Source: an uncultured Gammaproteobacteria bacterium (GTDB taxonomy: Bacteria; Patescibacteriota; Microgenomatia; UBA10105; UBA927). Taken from it: a stretch of 64,000 nt of DNA. The notes below the pieces were generated by a model that made no database searches, was not told where the DNA came from, and saw nothing but the letters and a program-made list of their open reading frames with translations. Numbering within the stretch: the stretch's first letter is position 1; every line of letters begins with the position of its first letter. The translations under genes and the position numbers were made by a program. The stretch covers positions 47,988 to 111,987 of the forward strand of contig CAYUKU010000002.1 of the NCBI GenBank assembly GCA_964445435.1. Direction: 5' to 3'. Shown here piece after piece: positions 57,063 to 64,000 of this stretch.

Positions 57063-58254
57063 TTCGTATCGCAGCATTTTCTGGTGGCTTGTTTTTGCCA
57101 TAGGCATTGCGCTTGCCGTTCTCTATCGGATGAATTGGTACGTGCCTACGCCCGGAAGATCTCCGACAGGGGAGGCTGAGAACGTACTGGAGCAGTGCAA
57201 AGGAGCGCAATATCGCCCTGCCTGTTACGAAGCAGAGATTCCGAAGCTCATGGCATATATGTCTATGGAGGATGCGTTCGCCGTAACAAAACTGGTGAGC
57301 GACAAGGATCCGCAGTTTGCCAACTGTCATGTGGTGGCACACAAATTGACCAGTCTTGAGACGCGGAAAGACCCGTCGCGCTGGAAAGATGTGCTTCTTC
57401 GGTGCCCTTCTTCCGTGTGTAATTACGGATGTCTCCATGGGTCAATGATTGAGCGGTTCCGAAGTGAAACGCTTACCGATGAGCAAGTGGAGAAAGTGTT
57501 GCCCGATATAATGGATTTGTGTGAGCCACGGGAGGGCTTCGTTCCATCAGCAATCGACAAAACCATGTGTTATCACGGCATCGGGCATCTTGCTATGTAT
57601 ATGACCGGCGGCGATCCGGCGCGCGCTATACCCGTGTGCGAGAAAACAGCGGTGCGCAGTGATGGGGCAAACTATCTTTCAACATGCATTGAAGGCGTAT
57701 TTATGACGGTATTTCAGAGCGTGGATTCTGAGGATTTTGCACTTGTGCGGTGGATACGGCCGGAGAAAGGGGACGTGCGGAGTTTCTGCTCCCGATACGG
57801 GCAATATTGGCAAATGTGCCGTCGCGAGTCGTTTCCGCTTTTTGACGATGAGTCGATGAAAAAGGCCAGCGGACTTGAGAAATTCTGTTCCTATGCCACG
57901 ACCCCGCAGGATATGAGAAGCTGTTATTGGGGCGGGATCAATGTCATCAGCACCCGGTTTTTCGAGTTGGGCGGCGGCATTTCTGATGTCGATTCGTACT
58001 GCAAAGGTTTTAGGGTTGAGACACAGGGATTATGCTATGGAGGTGTCGCAATGCGCCTTGTCCAGATAGATCCGATAAGAAATGTACAAATTGCAGACAC
58101 CATTTGTGCTCTGGCAAGAGATGCTGCCCGATTGGAGTGTTACAACAACTTGTTGTATTACGCGACGTTTAGCTTCAACACAGGAAGCCAGGAGTTTCGG
58201 ACGTATTGTGCACAGTTATCGGGTGACTGGAAAGAAGCATGCCTAAACCAATGA
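57049..58254 (+). CDS. Cys/His-rich repeat protein family, member 7
   Basis: Motifs CHVVAHKL, CNYGCLHG, CYHGIGHL, CIEGVFM. It overlaps the previous gene by 14 nt. Confidence 0.75.
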   Translation: MNKYNSYRSIFWWLVFAIGIALAVLYRMNWYVPTPGRSPTGEAENVLEQCKGAQYRPACYEAEIPKLMAYMSMEDAFAVTKLVSDKDPQFANCHVVAHKLTSLETRKDPSRWKDVLLRCPSSVCNYGCLHGSMIERFRSETLTDEQVEKVLPDIMDLCEPREGFVPSAIDKTMCYHGIGHLAMYMTGGDPARAIPVCEKTAVRSDGANYLSTCIEGVFMTVFQSVDSEDFALVRWIRPEKGDVRSFCSRYGQYWQMCRRESFPLFDDESMKKASGLEKFCSYATTPQDMRSCYWGGINVISTRFFELGGGISDVDSYCKGFRVETQGLCYGGVAMRLVQIDPIRNVQIADTICALARDAARLECYNNLLYYATFSFNTGSQEFRTYCAQLSGDWKEACLNQ

Positions 58255-59432
58255 AATCAACAAAAATATTCGTTACGCTCGGCTTGTTTGGCGTGGTTGC
58301 CGTCGGACTTGGGATATTTTTTTTCGTTTCGAAGGAAAAGGCGCCGAGCCCATCGCAGCTTTCGTCGTGGGGGAAAAAGTGCGAGGGTACATCTGATACC
58401 GGAAAGGTGGCGTGCTGGGAGGATCTGACACGGGAGGTCGTCAAAAAAGAGGGAATTGCCCCAGCGTTTGATCTTATTTCCTATTTATATGAGAAGAATC
58501 CTGAGTTTGCCGAACCATGTCATGCGATGGTTCATATCATCGGTCAGGTGGCCTACAGTCAGTTTCGCGCAACCGGGAATGTCGATTTATCCGAGAAAAA
58601 CGCGTTTTGTGCATTCGGGTTCTACCACGGGTTTATGGAAATGCTTGTCGCCAGAAAAGGAACAATTGCCGAGGCCCGGGAGTTTTGCCGGTACGTCGAT
58701 ACCAAACTGGGGGATATAACGCCGGGGGCGAAGTTGGGCTGTTACCATGGGATCGGGCACGGATCGACAGATATCCACAATCCGCAATATTTCGGCAATG
58801 AACGCGCAGTCATTGCGCCTGCGCTTGCCAACTGCGAGGCGTTTGCGACGGATGATGAGATGCGCAAGCTCTGCGTGACGGGGATATTTGACTCAGTCGC
58901 GCTTGCGTACTACAACAACGGGGAAAACGGATTCGTTATGAAAAAAGATGACCCGCTCTGGCTTTGCCGTGAACAGCCCGAGAGGTACAAGGAGTCGTGC
59001 TACTTGGATATGATGCCTGCGATGATCTGGCTGGGAGACCATGACCTGACCCGAGCGGGGCCGATGGTACTGGCGCATGCAGAGCGCAGCTATCGAAAGA
59101 TTGCGCTTCGGGCGCTTGCCGAAAACAGCGTGCGGTTTGTCATCCACAAAAGGCCGGTCGAAGACTATCTGCCTTATTGCAGATCGCTTGAGGCAGGGGA
59201 GAGTCTGGCCTGTGTCAGCGGTCTAGGGGTGGGGATTATGCAGTTTGGGCGGCCGGGTGAGGAATATAAAGATGCCATTGCGTTTTGTGTGTCGGATAGG
59301 CTTAATACTAATGAGCAGGACAGCTGTATGAAAGATGTACTTCAGTACGTCAGTCAGCGCTATGACCGAAAGAAATCCGCATCCATTTGTCGTACGGTTG
59401 ATGCACAATTTGAGGGATATTGCCGTGAATAG
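58239..59432 (+). CDS. Cys/His-rich repeat protein family, member 8
   Basis: Motifs CHAMVHIIG, CAFGFYHGF, CYHGIGHG, CVTGIFD. Confidence 0.75.
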   Translation: MPKPMKSTKIFVTLGLFGVVAVGLGIFFFVSKEKAPSPSQLSSWGKKCEGTSDTGKVACWEDLTREVVKKEGIAPAFDLISYLYEKNPEFAEPCHAMVHIIGQVAYSQFRATGNVDLSEKNAFCAFGFYHGFMEMLVARKGTIAEAREFCRYVDTKLGDITPGAKLGCYHGIGHGSTDIHNPQYFGNERAVIAPALANCEAFATDDEMRKLCVTGIFDSVALAYYNNGENGFVMKKDDPLWLCREQPERYKESCYLDMMPAMIWLGDHDLTRAGPMVLAHAERSYRKIALRALAENSVRFVIHKRPVEDYLPYCRSLEAGESLACVSGLGVGIMQFGRPGEEYKDAIAFCVSDRLNTNEQDSCMKDVLQYVSQRYDRKKSASICRTVDAQFEGYCRE

Positions 59433-60615
59433 GACGAAACTTTTGGTCGGAATTATTCTCGTTATCCTTTTGGAGATAGGAGTCCTTTTCGTGCGCAGTC
59501 TGGGCGGTTTTATGAGGCCGCAACAGGTCGCTTCCGCGGTATCGCGTGTTCTTGCCGCGTGCGACAAGGAGGAATATCACCCTGCCTGTTATGATCGGGA
59601 AATCCCAAAACTCATGGACCGTTTCTCCATGGAAGAAACGTTTGCCATTACCAAAGAGATCCAACTGAAAGATCCGACCTATACCTATTGTCATGTATTG
59701 GGTCACGCGCTTTCCTCGCAAGAGACGAAGAAGGATTCATCCAAATGGCAGGATGTGATAACCCGTTGCCCGAGCGGCGTATGTTCAAACGGGTGTGTCC
59801 ATGGGGCATTCCAGGAGCGGTTCAGAACCGACGTGTTATCCCAAGAGCAGATTGCCGAGATCAAGCCGCAGCTTCTCACCGTATGCAAGCCGCGCGGATT
59901 GTGGAATCCGACCGGCATGGAGCAGGCAACCTGTTACCACGCGATGGGACATCTTCTTATGTATATAACGGGTGCAGAGATAAACCAGTCGCTTGCGCTG
60001 TGCGATGAGCTTGCGAAACCCAAAGAGGAAAACGGGTATGATTTCCACCCTATCTGCTACGACGGCGTTTTCATGCAGATGTTTCAGCCGCTTGAGCCGG
60101 AAGATATTGCACTGGTACAGGGCAAACAACCGACGCGAGCGACGGTCCGTACCTTTTGCGACCGGTTTTCCGGGCAGGCAAAAGTATCCTGCGTGACGGA
60201 ATCCTGGCCGCTTTTCATTGCCGAACTTGAGAATCCAGAGTTTCTCACGTCCTTCTGCGGTCAACTTGCGCCGGATATGAGACACAGGTGTTTTACGGGC
60301 ATGTTTTATATCCTCGTCGTGCAGAATCGCTTCGATCTCACAAGAATGCGCAATTATTGTGATCAATTACCGGAAAATACAGCAGCATTATGCTATGCAA
60401 GCACTGCATCACGGCTTGTAGAGACAGATTGGAACAACATCACGAAGGCGGCTAACTGGTGCACCGAAACCGGGAGCGAGTCGGGAAAAAAGGCGTGTTT
60501 CGAGGAGCTTGTTTACTACGCTTCATATAACTTCCACAGAAAATCGTCTGAATTTTTTGCCTTATGTAACGCGCTTCCCGACCCATGGAAGCAGTCTTGT
60601 CTCGATGGTGAGTAA
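59401..60615 (+). CDS. Cys/His-rich repeat protein family, member 9
   Basis: Motifs CHVLGHAL, CSNGCVHG, CYHAMGHL. The start (ATG 59401 or GTG 59425) overlaps the previous stop. Confidence 0.7.
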   Translation: MHNLRDIAVNRTKLLVGIILVILLEIGVLFVRSLGGFMRPQQVASAVSRVLAACDKEEYHPACYDREIPKLMDRFSMEETFAITKEIQLKDPTYTYCHVLGHALSSQETKKDSSKWQDVITRCPSGVCSNGCVHGAFQERFRTDVLSQEQIAEIKPQLLTVCKPRGLWNPTGMEQATCYHAMGHLLMYITGAEINQSLALCDELAKPKEENGYDFHPICYDGVFMQMFQPLEPEDIALVQGKQPTRATVRTFCDRFSGQAKVSCVTESWPLFIAELENPEFLTSFCGQLAPDMRHRCFTGMFYILVVQNRFDLTRMRNYCDQLPENTAALCYASTASRLVETDWNNITKAANWCTETGSESGKKACFEELVYYASYNFHRKSSEFFALCNALPDPWKQSCLDGE

Positions 60616-61597
60616 GCCAATGCCTATGAAAACATCTTTACGAAAAATTCTTCTTTTAGGCGCGGCGGTGATCATTGTGGCCGCTATCATGACCCGTATG
60701 AGCAGTAAGCCAGAACCCCTGGAGACCGATCCGCACAAGGCAGTGACGCAACTGTCGGGAATCATGAAAAAGCAAGGGATTCTCGCAGCGCAGAAGTTTT
60801 TCCTGTCAAATTTCTTTTCCTATTCGGATAATAACCGGCATTATCTGGGGCATTTCATCGGGGAGCATATCTATAAGTCGTTCGGGCTTGCGGGTCTCAA
60901 AAACTGCTATTCCCATATAGAATTTGGGTGTATCCACGGTTTTCTCTTAAGCGGGTATCTCAAAGAGGGGAAACAGTTTCTCTGGGATGTCGTGGAGGAG
61001 TGTAAGAAGGATCTGCCCGAAGGGTGTATGCACGGACTGGGGCACGCGTTTCTTCTCACGCGCGGATACGATGTGCCAAGTTTGCGCTCCAGCCTGTCTG
61101 ATTGCAGCAGTCTGGATGTGCCGGAAGGCATGAAAGAGCAGTGCATCCAGGGGGTGTATATGGAATATAATGACCGGTTTCTCATCGACGGATCATCGTC
61201 TGTCAATTCCTTCGTCCCGCGCGATTTCAACCCCAAAAAACCTCTCGCCCCATGTGATACGGAACCGATCGACCTGCAACCGATCTGCTACCGCGAACTG
61301 GTACTGTATTGGGCAAACGTTTCCGGAATAACGAGAGGTCAGATGACCGACTACTGTCGCAGCATACCCAATCCGAAAGGGAAGTACGAATGTTTCTGGA
61401 GTTTCGGCGGGTATGTGGCGGGAGACGACAGCATCGTGGAGCCCTCAGTTGCCGTATGTCAGGAGCTTGCCGCAGACAATCTCAGTCCGTGTGTTCGCGG
61501 CGCGCTTATGTCGGCTGCGTTCCAGAGCCAGAAATCCAGGCAGGCATTTTGCAGTCAGATCCCGCAATCCCTACAAAAGGAGTGTGAGACATGGTAA
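60605..61597 (+). CDS. Cys/His-rich repeat protein family, member 10
   Basis: Motifs YLGHFIG, CYSHIEFGCIHG, CMHGLGHA. It overlaps the previous gene by 11 nt. Confidence 0.7.
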   Translation: MVSKPMPMKTSLRKILLLGAAVIIVAAIMTRMSSKPEPLETDPHKAVTQLSGIMKKQGILAAQKFFLSNFFSYSDNNRHYLGHFIGEHIYKSFGLAGLKNCYSHIEFGCIHGFLLSGYLKEGKQFLWDVVEECKKDLPEGCMHGLGHAFLLTRGYDVPSLRSSLSDCSSLDVPEGMKEQCIQGVYMEYNDRFLIDGSSSVNSFVPRDFNPKKPLAPCDTEPIDLQPICYRELVLYWANVSGITRGQMTDYCRSIPNPKGKYECFWSFGGYVAGDDSIVEPSVAVCQELAADNLSPCVRGALMSAAFQSQKSRQAFCSQIPQSLQKECETW

Positions 61598-62604
61598 AGC
61601 ATGCGCATTTGGGAGCGCTCGTCATCGTTGGCTTGGTCGCCGCAGTTTGGCTCGCGGCCCCGCAGGTTGACCGACTCAAGGCGTCACTTGTGAGTACGCC
61701 GTTTCAGCTGAGTCTTGCGCGAAAAGAAATAGACGCCTCCATAAAAATTCATGGAGCCCAAAAAACGTATGACCGGATAAAGGAGATCTTACAAGAGAAA
61801 GACAGCATACGGCAGCATACCGTGGCTCATATATTTGGGGAACTTCTGTACCGCGAAAATGGGCTGAGCGGGATCACCGTGTGTGATAGCAGTTTCGGCT
61901 TCGGCTGTTACCATAGCTTCTTCGGGAAAGCGGTAAGCGAGGGAGGGGAGGGGATCGTCCCTGAGCTTGACCGTCTGTGCGTCGCGTCATTTGGCGTTAT
62001 GGGATTGGGCTGCGCCCACGGCATCGGACACGGGCTTGGTGAATACTTCGGCCCGTCCCGGGTGGACGAACAGCTTCGCCTGTGTGAGGGGCTTTCATGG
62101 AAAGGGAAGTATATGGGGTGCCAAAGCGGTGTATTTATGGAATACAACACACCGGTTTCCACTGACGGTGAAACGGCAATGAGCAAGCCCAGACCCTGGG
62201 ATGAGCGCGCTCCCTATGGGAGTTGCTTGAGCGTTGCTGAAAAATTCCGCCCTTCGTGTTTCCTGGAAATTGCCGGTTGGTGGGAGCAGGTTATCCCACG
62301 CCAATACCCGAAGATGGGGGATTTGTGCGCGAGGCTCAGAAGCGTATCTGATCGGGAGAGTTGTTTTCTGGGGATTGGGTACAATGTCGTGCAGTCCCAT
62401 GAGTACGATACCGCGAGCGTAAAGGAAATTTGCGCAACGTTTCCTTCAGATGGCGAGCTTTTGTGCCGGGCCGGCGCATCATGGAGCTTCTTTGCGAATC
62501 CGGATTACCGCCAAGCCGCGTCCGAGTTTTGCCGCATGGATACCCAGGAGAAAACAGCGTTGTGTCAAAAGAAATCCGATTTACTCGGAAACGGATCGTT
62601 ATGA
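61591..62604 (+). CDS. Cys/His-rich repeat protein family, member 11
   Basis: ATGGTAA overlap with the upstream gene. Motifs HTVAHIFG, CDSSFGFGCYHSF, CAHGIGHG. Confidence 0.75.
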   Translation: MVKHAHLGALVIVGLVAAVWLAAPQVDRLKASLVSTPFQLSLARKEIDASIKIHGAQKTYDRIKEILQEKDSIRQHTVAHIFGELLYRENGLSGITVCDSSFGFGCYHSFFGKAVSEGGEGIVPELDRLCVASFGVMGLGCAHGIGHGLGEYFGPSRVDEQLRLCEGLSWKGKYMGCQSGVFMEYNTPVSTDGETAMSKPRPWDERAPYGSCLSVAEKFRPSCFLEIAGWWEQVIPRQYPKMGDLCARLRSVSDRESCFLGIGYNVVQSHEYDTASVKEICATFPSDGELLCRAGASWSFFANPDYRQAASEFCRMDTQEKTALCQKKSDLLGNGSL

Positions 62605-64000
62605 AGAGAAAACAGCGTCTCATGAGTGTCTTCCTTGTGCTTCTGGGGTGTGCGGGAGCGCTTTTTTGGGCCCTCTGGTGGCCAAAAACGTACACGATAA
62701 CGGTGCGCACAAACGGATTTACCCCAGATGCCCTGACCATCCCGGCAGGCAGTACGGTCCGGTTTGCGGGGAAAGGGGATCGGGCATTCTGGCCGGCCTC
62801 AAACTTCCACCCGTCTCACAAACTGTATCCCGAGTTCGATGCGCGGACGCCTATCGCTGCGACCGCAAGCTGGAGTTTCACCTTCGATACGCCCGGCATA
62901 TGGCGATTCCACGACCATCTCAACAGCCGTAGCGTCGGGACTATCACCGTGCGTCAAACGCCATTCGTGAAAACGAAAAACCTCTGCCAGGGCGACATTG
63001 CGTTACTTCCGGTGAAAGTGCAGGAAGGCTGCTGGATACAGGAGATTGAGTCGATTCTTGCCGCACAAGGGCTTGACCGGGCGTTTGAACGGTTTGGGCA
63101 GCTGTATGAAACGAAGCCGGCGTTCTCCTCGGACTGTCACGACGTGACGCACCTTCTGGGAGAAGCTGCATACCGCGCATACGTACAAGACGGCGCCATC
63201 GTGACGTCTCAAAAAACGTCGTTTTGCGGGTATGGATTCTATCACGGGTTTATCGAGGCGCTCCTGTTTACAACCGGGAATTTCAATCAGGCCAAATCGT
63301 ATTGCCGGGACGTCCAAAAGGAGCTTGCAAAAACCATCGTTTCTCCTAATGCAATTTATGCGTGTTACCACGGATTGGGACACGGAACGTTTGATACCCA
63401 AAATTTTTCCCAGTGGGGGAATGATGAAAAAATGCTTACCGGTGCGATCAACGTATGTGAAGAGGTAACCCGAGGGGAGGAAGAAGAGCTTGTGAAACAA
63501 TGCGCAAGTGGTGTTTTCAATGCTCTTGCCAACGCGTACGGGAACAAGTCGTATAACCTTTCGTATGACGATCGGCGGCCGTTTCGGTCCTGCGAAATAC
63601 AGACGAATATCCGCTATAAGGAAGCCTGTTATCGCGAGGTGGCCTCAGCGTACATACGCACGACATTCCCTCGCAGGGAAGAAGCGCTTCTGACCATCTC
63701 TCATATACCCGATGCCGTAGGTGCCGATGCCACGATGTTTGCATATATGTCTGATGAGGCCCGCCTTGGTATAGATACCATGACATCGGAAAAATTTGCG
63801 GATGTCTGTCGGCGCTTGCCGTCTGACCATTTGCGACGGTCATGCGTGGAAGGTGTCGTTGCCGGGTTGTTTCTCTGGGGGAAGCCGGGCGCCGAGGAGG
63901 AAAAGGCAATCGCTTTTTGTCGGCAGCCTGCAATCTCCAGGCTCCACAAAGAGGCGTGTTACAGCTATGTCCTGCCCCGGCTGCGAACGATTTATCCCTC
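62601..64000 (+). CDS. Cys/His-rich repeat protein family, member 12, with an N-terminal cupredoxin-like domain (3' partial, runs off the window)
   Basis: This ORF is absent from the supplied track because it has no stop codon in the window. It was read manually in the frame of the ATG at 62601 (ATGA overlap with the upstream gene). Cupredoxin-like segment VRFAGKGDRAFWPASNFHPSH...WSFTFDTPGIWRFHDHLNSRSVGTITV. Family repeats follow: CHDVTHLLG, CGYGFYHGF, CYHGLGHG. Confidence 0.65.
   Translation, partial: MKRKQRLMSVFLVLLGCAGALFWALWWPKTYTITVRTNGFTPDALTIPAGSTVRFAGKGDRAFWPASNFHPSHKLYPEFDARTPIAATASWSFTFDTPGIWRFHDHLNSRSVGTITVRQTPFVKTKNLCQGDIALLPVKVQEGCWIQEIESILAAQGLDRAFERFGQLYETKPAFSSDCHDVTHLLGEAAYRAYVQDGAIVTSQKTSFCGYGFYHGFIEALLFTTGNFNQAKSYCRDVQKELAKTIVSPNAIYACYHGLGHGTFDTQNFSQWGNDEKMLTGAINVCEEVTRGEEEELVKQCASGVFNALANAYGNKSYNLSYDDRRPFRSCEIQTNIRYKEACYREVASAYIRTTFPRREEALLTISHIPDAVGADATMFAYMSDEARLGIDTMTSEKFADVCRRLPSDHLRRSCVEGVVAGLFLWGKPGAEEEKAIAFCRQPAISRLHKEACYSYVLPRLRTIYP

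Noticed and set aside
1-64000. CRISPR arrays, rRNA/tRNA genes, IS elements, transposases or integrases
   Set aside because: No regularly spaced direct repeats, no rRNA/tRNA-like structure, and no ORF with transposase or integrase motifs were seen on either strand.

Overview
This 64-kb window comes from a gene-dense bacterial contig (about 50% GC, many overlapping start and stop codons, consistent with an uncultivated lineage) and carries no rRNA, tRNA, CRISPR or obvious transposase; it splits into three parts.
(1) Positions 3-8051 encode one giant ORF (more than 2682 aa, 5' end outside the window). It carries a degenerate Fic motif, three copies of an ~85-aa internal repeat, two transmembrane clusters, a Pro/Thr/Gln-rich linker and a C-terminal Cys-rich HExxH domain.
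(2) Positions ~9.2-43.1 kb form a large cell-surface glycan or glycosylation locus. It contains nine large polytopic GT-C-like membrane proteins, two of them fused to long TPR arrays (TMTC-like architecture) and one to an NPCBM-like domain. It also holds three GT2 (Dpm1-like) enzymes, four NAD-dependent epimerases/dehydratases (one fused to a HAD hydrolase), and a WbpB/WbpD/WbpE-like oxidoreductase-acetyltransferase-aminotransferase triad with a second DegT plus hexapeptide acetyltransferase pair. An ATP-grasp enzyme, a SAM methyltransferase and a membrane-anchored spermidine-synthase-like protein complete the locus.
(3) Positions ~43.4-64 kb form an accessory block of secreted or membrane-anchored proteins: two LRR paralogs alternating with four paralogous small anchored proteins, a Hint (intein-like) domain protein with a Tyr-rich repeat tract, and a tandem array of 12 paralogous Cys/His-rich repeat proteins. 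The array uses recurring motifs such as CxYGCxHG and CYHGxGHG; three members carry an N-terminal Cys-less cupredoxin-like domain, and almost all are joined by overlapping stop and start codons.
Other notable observations are a ~145-bp structured intergenic repeat showing compensatory base-pair changes between copies, and an orphan sigma70-like promoter followed by an intrinsic terminator that defines a candidate ~84-nt small RNA.
All functional calls rest on motif-level reading of the translations without database searches. Coordinates of internal start codons are approximate (within a few nt).
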